Positions 25,250 to 37,900 of a stretch of 64,000 bases of DNA are shown here, piece after piece. The translations under genes and the position numbers were made by a program. The notes beneath the pieces were generated by a model that did not search any database, had not been told where the DNA came from, and was given only the letters and a program-made list of their open reading frames with translations. The DNA is from Selaginella moellendorffii (taxonomy: Eukaryota; Plantae; Lycopodiophyta). Positions within the stretch are counted from its first letter, which is position 1; each line of letters starts with the position of its first letter. The stretch is from positions 2,276,806 to 2,340,805 of the forward strand of contig NW_003314271.1 of the NCBI RefSeq assembly GCF_000143415.4, given 5' to 3'.

Positions 25250-26877
25250 ATGGCGTCGTCCAGCTCGAAGAAGGAAGCGGCGGGGGCGAGGATCGGCCGG
25301 CTGAGCTATTGGATCCAGAGCCTAGCCTACGCGGCTCTCGGCGCCGCGTTTGCGACCTCCTTCTTCGTCTTCCTCTCGCCCGGGGGTAGGGAATCGTCGC
25401 AATTTTCCACGATCCGCCACGGCATTGTGGATTCCTCGTTCCATGAGGATCATCAGCAGCTGGATCTGTGGAGCAAGCCAGCGGCCGCGGCTACCAGGAT
25501 CCCGCTGGGGCTCAAGAGCAAATCCCTGCGGATTGTGGTGACTGGGGGCGCGGGCTTCGTCGGCAGCCATCTGGTGGACAAGCTCATCGGCCGGGGCGAC
25601 AGTGTGATTGTGGTGGACAATTTCTTCACGGGCAGGAAGGAGAATGTGATGCATCACTTTGGGAATCCCCGGTTTGAGCTCATCCGGCACGATGTTGTGG
25701 AGCCGCTGCTGCTGGAGGTGGATCAGATCTATCACTTGGCCTGCCCTGCGTCGCCCGTCCACTACAAATTCAACCCGGTCAAGACGATCATATCCTTTTC
25801 TTCTTTGCTTGTTCTTCGTTTGTTTCGAGCATCTAACGCGTGTTTTTTTTTTTTTTTTGTTGCTTCCTTAACTCTTGGAGCTTTCACAAGACCAACGTGG
25901 TTGGAACACTCAACATGCTCGGATTGGCCAAGCGAATTGGTGCTCGGTTTTTGCTGACCAGCACAAGCGAGGTTTATGGAGATCCGCTGGAGCATCCTCA
26001 GAAGGAAGATTACTGGGGAAACGTGAATCCAATCGGTATGGCTTTTGCTCTTCCAACTCCATTTCTATATCGCAATGCTGTTTTAGGTGTGAGAAGTTGC
26101 TATGACGAGGGTAAGAGGACCGCAGAGACACTCACAATGGATTATCACCGAGGTGCAAATGTGTCGGTAAGTGAACTTTCCTTGAAAGCCTAACAAAGGT
26201 TGACAGCGATAGCAAATGTTCCATTGTTTACAGGTGAGGATCGCTCGTATTTTCAACACATATGGTCCTAGAATGTGCCTGGACGATGGCCGAGTTGTCA
26301 GCAACTTCGTGGCCCAGGTACAAAAGCATCCGTTGAAAAGCTTCTTCCCGTTTTCATTCTTTTACTTTCTCGCAGGCCCTCCGTAAAGAGCCTTTGACAG
26401 TCTATGGCGATGGAAAACAAACTCGGAGCTTTCAGTTCGTCTCAGACCTGGTAAACGAAAGAGTTTTCTAGCCTTGATGTGTGTGTTTTTTCCATGAAAA
26501 GGTGGAAGGCCTGGTAAAACTTATGGAAAGCGATCACATCGGGCCATTCAACCTTGGGAATCCCGGTGAATTCACCATGCTGGAACTTGCTCAAGTATGA
26601 CATCAAAAAAGTGATCTGTGGAAGTAACTCTCTTCCTTCTTCCGCTTGTGATCAGGTTGTCAAGGAGACAATCGATCCGGAGGCTAAAATCGAGTTCCGG
26701 GACAACACAGCGGACGATCCACACATGCGCAAGCCCGATATCTCAAAAGCAATCTCGATGCTTGGCTGGGAGCCGAAAATTCCTCTGAGGGAAGGACTGC
26801 CGCGAATGGTTGACGACTTCAAGCAACGAATCTTTGGCAAAGATGGGACAAGCTCAAGCAGCGACGAGCAACAGTAG
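25250..26877 (+). CDS. UXS: Membrane-anchored UDP-glucuronate decarboxylase (UDP-xylose synthase)
   Basis: N-terminal TM; [42 protein letters not shown]; contains one AT-AC intron. Confidence 0.97.
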
Positions 26878-27142
26878 ACTCCCTCTTTTAACTATAGACG
26901 AGTAGGCGTTCCTCAAGAACATAGCAAAGTAAGTTCGTTTTTGCCGGTGAAATTCCAGCGTTCTTCCTTGATCCGTGTCGATCTTTCGCGAATTCCAGCG
27001 AAAAGTTTCAAACGCCGGAAGCATATTCTTGGAATCGAGTTCTAGGGTTTGTTTAGGGTTTTGGGTAAACCCAATCCGACGGTCATGGATATGGACTATC
27101 GTTTGAAATCTTTGGGGAGAGGAGGAATGGGCGCAAAGCGCG

Positions 27143-27511
27143 ATGGTGGCGCCGAAAATGCCCAGCTTCGAGGACGGGGAGATCGGGGAGAACGGCGAGG
27201 ATCCCAGGGACGCGCGCGTCAAGAAGGTCTTGATCTTCAAGACCACGGGCGAGATCATCTCCTCGTACGATCGGCTCGAGAGCAAGCTGTTCGCGCTGGG
27301 GTGGCACCGATACACCGGCGAGCTCGAGCCCATGCTCGCGTTCGATCGCGAGAGGAAGCAGTACTTCCATCCAAAGCCCGGCTCCTGTTTCATCAGCCTG
27401 CCCCTGGATTTCGACAAGCTGCGCATCATCCACCTGTACGGGATCGTCGTCCAGACGCGCACGGCGTTTGCGATCCGCGAGATCCCCCAGCCGCGGAGGA
27501 GAGGGGGATAG
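27143..27511 (+). CDS. FPF1: Flowering-promoting factor 1-like protein
   Basis: KVLIF..TGEIISSY..LE..L..LGW.RY...ISLP.DF.KL...HLY.IVV...F.IR matches the FPF1 family pattern. Confidence 0.8.
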   Translation: MVAPKMPSFEDGEIGENGEDPRDARVKKVLIFKTTGEIISSYDRLESKLFALGWHRYTGELEPMLAFDRERKQYFHPKPGSCFISLPLDFDKLRIIHLYGIVVQTRTAFAIREIPQPRRRGG

Positions 27512-27548
27512 AGCTAGATTCCAGAGCTCCTAGATCATCGCTCTTCCA

Positions 27549-27648
27549 NNNNNNNNNNNNNNNNNNNNNNNNNNNNNNNNNNNNNNNNNNNNNNNNNNNN
27601 NNNNNNNNNNNNNNNNNNNNNNNNNNNNNNNNNNNNNNNNNNNNNNNN
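27549..27648. other. Assembly gap (100 N)
   Basis: Direct read of the sequence. Confidence 1.
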
Positions 27649-27687
27649 CTCTCCGGACCAAGAGTAAGAGAATACACAGATTTTCTA

Positions 27688-29113
27688 CTACGTTCTCTTC
27701 CAGAGTCTTTGGAGCACTCGCATCTGCGACCTCTGGCTGGAGATTTGCTGCGAGAGATCCTCGATGGGGCGGACGTGGGCGATCTGGAACTCGCTCTCCA
27801 GGACCCGCTTGTCCAGGCGCTGGAACTCGCCGCTCACGATCCGGTCCTCCAGACCGTAAGAGGTGATGACGATGAGAGAGCCGCCGGGCGCCAGGCACGA
27901 GGCCGCCTGGGGTATGGCGATCTTGAGCGTGTTGATCTCGTCGTTCACGGCGATTCTCAGGGCCTGGAACGTTGGCAGCGCGGGATGCTCGTCCTCGAAT
28001 CTCGGTGGCTTGGATCCAAGGTTTTGTTTCCTGCGATCTATAGAGAAGAAGAAATGGAAGAGCTTCGCAAAGTGAAGAAGAAGAAATGGAGGAGCTTGAT
28101 CTTACCGATGAAGTTGACGAGCTGGAGCGTGGTTTTGAAGGGCCCTTTCTTGAGGCGGGTCTCGGCGATGGAGTGAGAGAGCTCTTGCCAGTGTTGCTCC
28201 TCGCCGTAGTCCCGGAGTAGTCGTCCCAGCTCGCGCTCGTTCCACGAGTTGAGAATGATCTCGGCTGTCATCCGGGAGCGTCGATCGAATCGCATGTCCA
28301 GAGGGCCGTCCATGGTGTGGCTAAAGCCTCTCTCGGGAGTGTTAAGCTGGAAAAAAGAAAGCTTGCAAAGATGGTGGCATGGTTTTCTTTATTCTTTCCA
28401 CTAGCAAGAAGAGATTATGATGCAAAAGCGAAAACCAAGAATTCAAGAGCAAAATCACTTCAAATTCATCAGGAAGAAAAACGCAAGAACTCGGAAAAAG
28501 AGTCTAAGAACCAGAACAACGTAGAAGAAAAACAAACAAATCAGCCAAGAAGAAAGTGGAGACAATGGCGCATTTTAGAGCAAGAAAGGAGGAGCAAACC
28601 AGATTCATCACAAAATCCAACCATGAAACTCAAGAAGAAGAACGGTTTCCATGCTATGCATGCCATACCTGCATTGCGGAGAGACCCAACACCATCAAGA
28701 TCCCGTCCACCCCTCGCTGGAGCAAGCCCGGATCGATCTGGTTGAGCTGGAGCTTGAGACACTTAAAGTTGACACTGGCAAAGTGGAGGCGGAGGTGGGC
28801 ATTCCCCGCGGCGGCGGCTTCCAACTTGGGTCTGGCCAGCAACACCGCGTCGGGGTCTAGATCCAATCCCACAGCTTGCCGGAGCTCGGGATGGGTCCGT
28901 ATGATCTGTGGAGAAAGAAAGAGAGCGATGTTTCTTTCGATCAAAAGAGAATGGAGCCATTACCTCGAACGCGTGAGCTCCGTTTCCCAGCGTGCAATCC
29001 ACAAACGTTTCCAGGCGATTCGGCTTTAAGTGTTGGAGCACCGGATTGATCATCACTGGCGAGTAAATCGCTGCGAGGTTCCTGTACCATCGCTTGATCA
29101 TTGTCAAGGGCAT
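27688..29113 (-). CDS. Divergent RsmH/MraW (METTL15-like) rRNA m4C methyltransferase paralog with altered motifs
   Basis: FVDCTLGNGAH, GLDLDPDA, RGFSHTMDGPLDMR, YGEE, TFQALRIAVNDE. Spliceable into an open frame using the TAG acceptor near 28040. Confidence 0.85.
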
Positions 29114-29354
29114 TAGAGATTATCTCAGCACCCTCACCAGTTTATTCGATCGATTCATCGAAACATCACCTTCTTTTCTTGGATCCAGAGAGAGAGAAGT
29201 TACAATTCGATTGCTTTCTGTCTTCTTTCTAAATCACTCGACTACCTGAGAAGAAACAAGTAACGAAGTATCTCGAAAGAGAAGCTCTAAACACTATGAT
29301 CTATGTAGAGAACTAGCTTTTACCTCGACGATTCTCATCCTCGGATGGCTCGCT

Positions 29355-30883
29355 TCACCAATCCTCGCCGAAGTATTTCTTCCTCATGTCGTCGATGATG
29401 GTGCGTGGCCGTCCTTCGCCATAAGTTCCACCCGCGTACTTGGTCGCTCCAGGCAGCGGCTTGGGAGGATTGTTTGGATCCATGTTGGGATAGTTTCCAT
29501 TAGCGTCGCGGTACCAAGGATTCGGAACAGTCGGATGTGGATTCCCCCTGGGCAAGTAAACCAAGAGCGATGAGTGAAAGAAAGAAAAAGAAAAGAGAAA
29601 AAGCTGCACCTGCGTCCTCCTCCAGAGTAAGATGGTGGCGGAGGAGATGAAGCGTTTGGATTCGGCCAAGTCTTTCCAGCTCGGGGATTCGTGTTGAAGT
29701 TACCACCGCTACCGCCGAATGGAGGGCTCGACGAGTTGTTGCTTGCACCGGCTTGATTCCCATACGGTGGCATGTTTGTGTTCACGGCCCCGCCAGCATA
29801 AGGATTGCCTCCACTGTTGTTGAGAGAACCATACGGAGGAATGCCGCTGCTATTGCTGCTGTTGTTGGTGTTGCTGGAAGAACCAAAGGGAGGGATGGAG
29901 CTGCTATTGTTGTTGTTGATGTTGCTGGAAGAACCATTGGGAGGGATGGAGCTGCTACTGTTGTTGTTGTTCATGCTGTTGGAAGAACCGAAGGGAGGGA
30001 TTGAGCTGCTACTGTTGTTAAAGTTGCTGGAAGATCCACCAAAGGATCCACTGTTGTTGCTCGGAGGAGATCCATACGGAGGAACCGAGGTGGTGGAGTT
30101 GCTTGATCCACCGTATGGAGGCATTGATCCGCTGTTGTTGCTCGGAGAAGATCCATAGGGAGGGGTGGAGTTGCCTGATCCACCATAGGGAGGGATTGAT
30201 CCGCTACTGTTGCTTGGAAAAGGAACCGAGGTGGTGGAGTTGCTTGATCGAGGAACATTCCCGGCTCCACCGCCATAAGGACCTCCGTATGAAGGAGGAG
30301 TCGAGCTAGAGCCCCCGTTACCGTATGGAGGAATCGAGCTTGATCCTCCTCCCATGCCGTAGCCACTAGAAGGAGATCCGCCGCCACTGTATGGAGGAGC
30401 CGAGCTAGAACCTCCGCCACCGTATGGAGGAGCTGAGCTAACGCCGTAGCCACCGCCACCGCCACCTCCACCAGAAGGAGGAGATCCTCCGCCACCATAT
30501 GGTGGAGCCGCGCTAGAGCCTCCGCCAACGCCGTAGCTACCGCCACCTCCACCAGAAGGAGGAGAGCCTCCGCCACCGTATGGTGGCGCCGCGCTTCCTC
30601 CACCAGGAGTCGAGCCACCACCGCCGCCAACGCCATATCCTCCAGCACTGTAGCCACCGTTACCTCCACCGCCGCCCTGTGGGGGAGGGCTCACGCCATA
30701 GCCGCCCCCAACCCCATAGCCACCGCCGCCTCCGCCAGGCACAGAACCATTACCTCCATCGCTGTTGAAAGTGGAATTGTGATGAACGAGCACCAATGCC
30801 GATGGATTGGCGATCTTGGAAGCCGCCGCGCTACCGCCACAGAGCTTCCCAGCGCCCAAGACGATCAGCCGCCTCGCCGCCAT
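29355..30883 (-). CDS. Gly/Ser/Pro/Asn/Tyr low-complexity protein A (PPYG repeats), probable organellar (mitochondrial-like) presequence
   Basis: ATG at 30883; the GT-AG intron 29609-29548 joins in frame to ...RTIIDDMRKKYFGEDW*. Confidence 0.75.
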
Positions 30884-30963
30884 CGCTCGCTCGCTGCTGG
30901 CCAAAAACCCTACACCCTATACCCTAAACCTCAAACTCTTGCAAGCTTGGACGAGGCTTTCTT

Positions 30964-32298
30964 TCATCGGCATAGCCGCTGGATCACTCGCATTTTGGCG
31001 CTCCTACACCGGGAGTTTTTCTCGATCTCCGCGGCGTCGGCCGTGATCGGGCTCGTGGTGAGCAGCATGAACGCCAAGTCCACCTTGTCGAACACCAGCG
31101 ACAGCTCCTTGAACTGGTACTTGACGATGCGATCCTCGAGGCTGTGGAAAGAAATCACCGCCAGGCGACCACCGGGAGCCAGGCAGCTGCTCGCTTGTCC
31201 GATCGCGGACCTCAGTGACTTGAGCTCGTCGTTCACGGCGATTCTTAGCGCTTGGAACGTCCGAGCTGCCGGGTGCCTGGCTCTCTTGAATCTCCCTGCC
31301 GGTAGGAGAGAAGTAAGATATGAGTTCCACGAGTGGTGTGTGTAAAGCCTTACCTGAAGTGAATCTTCCTCCAACAACGCTGGCGAGATCTTTCGTTGTT
31401 TTGATCCCGCCGTTGAGCCGCGCGTCCACGATCCGGCTCGCCAGGAACTTCCACCGCATCTCCTCGCCATACTCTCGCAAGATGCGGCCAATCTCAGCGG
31501 CGGACCAGTTGTTGCAAATGGCTTCCGCGGTGAGCCCAAGAACATCCTGCAAGCAAGTTCCCGTGAGATCTCTATCACGATGAAGAAATAGACTTACACT
31601 CGAATCCATTCTCATGTCCAGAGGTCCATCCAAGTAGTAGCTAAAGCCTCGCTCGGGAGCGTCAACCTGGAAAAGGAAGTGAAAACTAGAAAGATTGGCA
31701 TTCACGGCTTACCTGCATTGACGAAAGTCCCAGGTCCAAAAGAATCCCATCGAAGCCCCGCTCCAAGAGCTCAGGATTTCGTTCTTTGAGATCCTTCTTC
31801 ATGTTCTTAAAATTGGCATGGAAAAGATCCACCTTCGCCATGCTACCTGAGAGATCGCTTAATCTTTGTCTCGCCAGCTTGAGCGCGCAGGGATCAACGT
31901 CCATTCCCACGAACGTCTCCAGCTCTGGATGCGCTTGGATAATCTTTGCAAGGATGGAGTGTAATTCACTACCATTTCTCTATTGACAATCGAGTTGTTA
32001 CCTCGAAAGCATGGCCTCCAGCTCCCACAGTGCAATCCAAGAAGGTTTTGACGCTTCTTCCTTCGAAATGCTCCAGGAATTGCCTCACCAGGACGGGCGT
32101 GTGCGGCAATCTCTTCTTCTCCCCAGATTGAGGAGTGAAATCCTCCTCGACCTCGGACTCCAAGCTCGCAGCAGCGGCGGCAAGGCTCCTGAATCCCCTC
32201 CGCTGCAAAATCGAGGCGCTCGCGACCGCTAGCAATCCAATCCGGCAAACCCTAGCGCTTCCAACCGTTGGAGACACGAAGGGAGAACAATGCAGCAT
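30964..32298 (-). CDS. rsmH: Canonical RsmH/MraW organellar SSU rRNA m4C methyltransferase
   Basis: HTPVL, DCTVGAGGH, DVDP, ILLDLGLSSMQ, RGFS..DGPLDMRM, HPAARTFQALRIAVNDEL, ISFHSLEDRIVK, N.RCRSAKMR; spliceosomal introns. Confidence 0.95.
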
Positions 32299-32494
32299 CT
32301 CCCAAGAACCCTAGCGAGGTAAAACTCCTCGTATGAATGGTAAAGGAAAAACTAAAAAAGATTCTTACAAGCGGATGCCGACGAGATGCCTCTTTATTTG
32401 ACTGGTTCTATGATATTTGAGGGCATCGATTCCTCACATTGAAGCGCCCACATTCTTCTCGTGCTGTCGATCCATCCATCCTCGGCTTTTTCCA

Positions 32495-33252
32495 ATGTGG
32501 ACTCTAATGTGGGGGCTTTCGATCGTCGCATCGGCGCTGGCGCTGGCGATAGCGCTCTCCAATCCCGCGGCAGCATTCGCGGGATCTAGAGCGCAAAACT
32601 CCGAATCGGTAAGCGTTTTTTCTTGAAGTAGCAATCCCTTTCCTCTCGATCTCTTGTTCTAAGCCCTGGCCGATATTTCGCTCTGGATCTTCCTCTCTTT
32701 CTCGATCTCTTCTCTCTCGGTTGTCTGTCTGGATATCTTTCGATCGATATTTCGGTCTCTCTTCTCCACTTCTTGGACAATCCTTTCGAAATTCCTCATC
32801 GTCTCGGTGTGTTCCAGCTCGGGAACTGTGTCTACACGATCTACGTGCGCACCGGCAGCATCTTCAAGGGCGGATCCGACGCCAACATGAGCGTGGAGCT
32901 CATCGACACCTACAACAACAGCCTGACCATCGACAACATCGAGACATGGGGCGGATTGATGCCGAGCGGCTGGAACTACTTCGAGCGCGGCAATCTAGAC
33001 GTGTTTAGCGGCCGCGGCTCCTGCCTGAGCACCACCCCTTGCAAGCTCGTCCTCACCTCGGATGGATCCGGCAGCCACCACGGCTGGTACGTCAACTACG
33101 CCGAGGTGAGCATCACGGGCCCGCATCTCGGCTGCTCCCAGCGCCTCTTCACCATCGAGCAGTGGCTCGCCACGGACACCTCTCCGTACGAGCTCTCCGC
33201 CACCGTCGATAAGTGCCAGGGCAACGGCGATCCAAGCATCCAGCAAGCCTAG
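32495..33252 (+). CDS. PLAT1: PLAT/LH2 domain protein (PLAT1-like), signal peptide
   Basis: CVYTIYVRTGSIFKGG.D, WGGLM...YFERGNLDVFSGRG, SDGSG.HHGWY, IEQWLATD. Confidence 0.92.
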
Positions 33253-33498
33253 TACGGAACTCTCCGTGGATAAGGTATATCCCTGCGAATGTGCCAGTTT
33301 TTTAAATAACGACAAACGCGGGAATCGAAAAGCCCAGGTTTAGGTCAACGTGGCGCAAGAGTATATGCGCCGGATCCTGGGGATATTTTGAGAATATCCC
33401 CGTGGGAAAAGGTCACGGGAAAAGTGCTATAAAGAAGCGAGGGTTCTTATCCTAAAGAAGCGCGCATCAGAAAAACCCTACCTAGCTAGAGAAAAGGA

Positions 33499-33873
33499 AT
33501 GGCGGCGATCGCGAGCTTCGTCCCAGTTGCGTCGATCCGCGCTCGTGGTAGTGAGCAGAGAATTAGATCTTCCTCTCCATCTTTGTCTGTGGCTTCTTCG
33601 TCCTCACAAAAGGATGCAGTGATGGATCTGATTAGCAGCAGCACCGCAAAGGGCAAGGCGTGGTGGAGTCCTCTCTTCAATTTCTCCTCCTCGTCGCAGC
33701 AGCAGGACTGGGCTGCGCAAGACGATGCCAAAGAACTCGCTCCAAATGTAGATCTAGCAGCCAAGAACACCTCGGACAAATTCAGGATTCTTCGCCAGCG
33801 GCTTAAGGGCTTGGATGCCCACCACGACACGATGTACCACTCCTCGATCGCCTCGCGCCTGGCCACGCAATAG
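33499..33873 (+). CDS. Small conserved plant protein, probably plastid-targeted (WWxPLF ... HDxMYHSxIASRLA family)
   Basis: Ser/Ala-rich N-terminus plus the two family motifs. Confidence 0.75.
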   Translation: MAAIASFVPVASIRARGSEQRIRSSSPSLSVASSSSQKDAVMDLISSSTAKGKAWWSPLFNFSSSSQQQDWAAQDDAKELAPNVDLAAKNTSDKFRILRQRLKGLDAHHDTMYHSSIASRLATQ

Positions 33874-34087
33874 AAATCGTGGCGAATGGAATTCCATTGT
33901 GAATACCTTGTCTTTGTTGTTCTTCCCTCTTCTCCAAACGGAGAAATGTAACATACTGGAAACCCTGTTCTTGGAATTATGGAGTGGAATTTGTGTGATT
34001 TTTTAGTGAATCTGCTTGCACGGAAGTCCATCGAGATGAAAAAGGTAGTGAATAGTGGCCTCGATCGAGCGAGCACGAGCGTGCGAT

Positions 34088-34684
34088 ATGGGTCGATCTC
34101 TATCCCTTGTTCTTGGCCTTGTTCTTGGGTTTTTGGTGCGATTCGCAGCGAGCGCGGCACTCTACAAGGTGGGCGACAATCTGGGCTGGAATCTCAACGT
34201 GAATTACACGCAATGGGCGGCCAAGTACCCGTTCGCATTGGGCGATAGCGTCGGTAAGAGCTCTTCGCGAATGATAAGAGGAATCCGAGCGATTCCCATT
34301 CCATGGGCAGTCTTTGATTGATCTTGGGTTTCGGGAACAGTGTTTGTTTTCAGCGGATCTCACTCGGTGCTGATGGTGAACGAGATCGATTACGTGCTGT
34401 GCAACATTCACAATCCAGTCCAGAGCTTGTTGAGCGGGCGGGCGATCACCCTGGCAGCGCGCAAGAACTTTTTCATCTGCGGGATCCCGGGGCATTGCAT
34501 CACGGGCATGAAAGTGGCGATCTATGCGTCAGTGGCCTCCAGTTCGCAATCGGTAGCATCAGATTTCTCGTCGCCCTCGTCGTCCGCCCGGTCTTCTTTC
34601 CCAGATTTTGGGCCGCGTCACGGGCCCGCTCTTCCCACGAGTTTGGGGCTTTTGGCTCTAATCTTCTTGCTGCTTGTGATCTAG
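34088..34684 (+). CDS. Phytocyanin (uclacyanin/plantacyanin-type blue copper protein), likely GPI-anchored
   Basis: Signal peptide, YKVGD..GW, LGD, Cu ligands H...C...HC..GM, Ser-rich linker, hydrophobic C-terminus; one intron. Confidence 0.9.
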
Positions 34685-34993
34685 ATCGAAAAAAAAGGCG
34701 AGATCATCGAGAGAATGGCCGAGAATGCGTGAGGATTCACGCTTGCCAACGGCACAGCATCTGGGAGTCACACTAAACGATAAACAAAAAGGGAGAGAGC
34801 TTTCTTCCTTTAGTCAACTCTAGGCAACCTTTTAGGGCTAGTCAACAACAGTTTGACTATAGAATCAACTCTGGATATTCCCAATCCAGATATTTGTAAA
34901 ACCCTTGATGTGGAGCACTCGTGTGCCTTGAATGAAAGATCTCGCCCAGACGGGCTTTGGATGAGCGACGGAGGATTGGATTAGGGCAAAGGA

Positions 34994-37900
34994 ATGGCGA
35001 GCGTCCTTGGCAGCATTGCCTCCGCGTCGCCAGCGCCATCGTCGGCGGCAGCGTCCAAGCTCGGGAGCGCCGGCGTCTTCAGCAAGACTGTGAGTTTCCC
35101 GCTGCTAGGGCCGCCAATCGTAATCCTCCGGCATTCTTCCTCCGCGGCCCCTGCCAAGATCGTTTGCCTGGGCAATGGCGCCGGTAGCAAGCCCCTCTTG
35201 GCTAGCTTGTCCGGGTTTACTGTCACCAGCGACAGTCCATCATTCTCGGCAGGGAATGCGAGCGCGAGCGAGGAGCTCGCTATTGCGAGCTTGGGCATCG
35301 ACAGCAGGATTGTGGACGCCCTTGCCAAGAGGGGCATTGTGAATTTGTTTCCTATCCAGGTATGTGAGATCTAATTCTCTACGTCGTTAAGTTTCATTGT
35401 TTCGTTCCAGAGAGCTGTCTTTCAACCGGCAATGCAAGGACTCGATCTCATCGCTCGTGCCAAGACAGGAACTGGCAAGACGCTGGCCTTTGGGATTCCA
35501 ATCCTGGATAACATATCGAGGGAAAAGAGTAGTATGCAATTCAGGTGAGCCTGACATCGTACTACACAATGCTTGATTTTGTTTTTCTTTGAATCCAGAC
35601 CAGCGGGAACTCCACGAGCAATCATTCTGGCACCAACTAGGGAGCTCGCGAAACAAGTTGAGAACGAGCTTGTGCTCGCAGCTCCACACTTATCTGTGGT
35701 TTGCATCTATGGTGGTGTTAGTATCGAAGGCCAACGAAGGCAACTAGCATCCAGTGTTGAAGTGGTGGTGGGAACTCCCGGCCGAGTCATCGACATGCTT
35801 GAGAGGGGCGACTTGAGACTGAACGAAGTAAAGTTTGCGATCCTGGATGAAGCGGATCAGATGCTTGCTGTTGGTTTTGCCGAGGAGGTCGAGAGAATCA
35901 TGCAAAAGTTGCCGCTTCAGCGTCACACCATGCTTTTCTCCGCGACAATGCCGAGCTGGATAAGGAACTTAACAAGCAAGTATCTTAAGAATCCAACAAT
36001 GATAGACCTGGTAAGTGTATCATTTGACTTGTTCGTTTTCTGACACCGAAGAACAGGTCGGTGAAAATGAGGATAAAGTTGCTGAAGGAATCAAGCTCTA
36101 TGCAGTTTCTACAAATGACCTCGCCAAAAACAAACTTCTGGCCGATCTTCTCACGGTTTGTCGACTTTAATGACTGGGACTTGTATAAATAATATTTACT
36201 TACAGGTCTATGCGAAAGGAGGCAAAGCCATAGTATTCACGAAGACGAAGAGAGATACGGACGATGTTGCTGCTGTGATGAGCCGTTCCATTGGTTGTGA
36301 AGCCTTGCATGGGGATATTTCTCAGTACCAAAGAGAGAAGACCCTGAGTGGGTTCCGTGACGGGAGATTCAACGTTCTAGTCGCAACGGATGTTGCAGCT
36401 CGGGGGCTTGACATTCCAAATGTGGATCTCGTAAGTGAACTTTGTCTCTGCGAGGCCTTGTTTTAACAAGTTATTACTTTAGATTGTGCATTACGAGGTT
36501 CCCGGAGATTCGGAAACTTTCGTTCATCGATCCGGAAGAACAGGCCGAGCGGGCAAGAAGGGGACCTGTATACTTATGTATACTCTTAATCAAAAGAGGG
36601 TCCTACGCACGATTGAAAGCGAAGTTGGCTGCAAATTTGAAGCTATAGGCCCGCCTGCGGCTGAGGATGTACTTGCCAGTTCTTCTGATCATGCGTCGGA
36701 GTCGATCAAAAGCGTGCACCCGGATCTCGCAAAGCTCTTTCTGCCTGCTGCGCAAAAACTACTGGAAGAGCAGGGCGTTACCGCTCTTGCAGCAGCTATG
36801 GCCCATGTTAGCGGTGTTACTCAACTCCCTCCGAAACGATCGCTCTTGACATACGAGGAGGTAATTAATCTTGTTCTTCTCATCGTGGAACTAACGGTGT
36901 TCGCTGCAGGGATACATGACTTTGCAGCTGACCGGTGGAAATTTGATTGACTCAAGTGCGGTCTCGTCAGCTGTAATGCAACTTAGCTCCAAAGCAGGAA
37001 TGAGCATGGGGAGAGTTACAATGCTTTCGAGTTCGACGGTATGTTTCTACCTTTCTGCATGTTTTTTCTGACCGCGTGAACAGGCCACCGGAGGGGTGTT
37101 CGATCTTCCAGAAGATCTTGCCAAGGAGATTCTTGCACTTCAAAATGTTGGAAGCAATGTTCTCACTGCCGTAAAAGTTGTAAGTACATATTTATGTTTC
37201 TTGCTGTTTGTTCCTGACAAGAGGTTTGGCAGCTTCCCGATTTACAAGAAGACTACTTCCAGTCATCATTCAGTCGAGGAAGGAGCTTCGGTGGAGGATT
37301 TAGGAGTGGCGGATCCTCGTACGGCGGCGGTTCATCTTATGGCAACAGGGGTGGCTCGTCCTTTGGAGGCTCTTCATATGGAGGAAGTCGCACTGGTTCC
37401 GGTTATGGTTCCTCCTCATACAACAGTGGAGGTGGTTATGGTAGAAGCGAAGGCTCGAGCTATGGGGGGTCATCCTATAACAGTGGATCCTCGTATGGCA
37501 ACAGGTCAGGAAGCTATAGCTCTCCAAGCTATGGTGGAAACAACGGTTCCACTTTTGGTAACTCTTCAAACTACGGTGGATCTGGATCGTGGTCCAACTC
37601 CAACAGCAGGGACGCTGGCTACGGTTCCAACAGCAGGGATGCTGGCTACGCCACTGGCTCTTCCACTGGCTTTGGTGGAAATGCTGGTTCCTCCACAGGC
37701 CACGGCGGGACTGGCTACGGTGGAACCTCCGGTTCATCCACTGGATACAATGGAGCTGGCTTTGGTGCAAGTTCTGGTTCCTCCACTGGCTATGGTGGAA
37801 CGTCTTCATCTACTGGATATGGTGGAACGTCTCCATCCACTGGATACGGTGGAACGTCTTCTAGTGGTTTCGGAGGGAACTCGTCGACAGGATTTGGAGG

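Noticed and set aside
17676-27511. Terpene biosynthetic gene cluster around MTPSL
   Set aside because: No P450, prenyltransferase or other tailoring enzymes are nearby; the neighbours are unrelated.
27049-28176. 375-aa ORF
   Set aside because: It spans an N gap and overlaps FPF1 and the antisense strand of the RsmH-like gene.
27688-32298. Bacterial contamination or recent HGT of rsmH
   Set aside because: Both copies have spliceosomal introns at shared positions and N-terminal extensions, as expected for nuclear-encoded organellar proteins.
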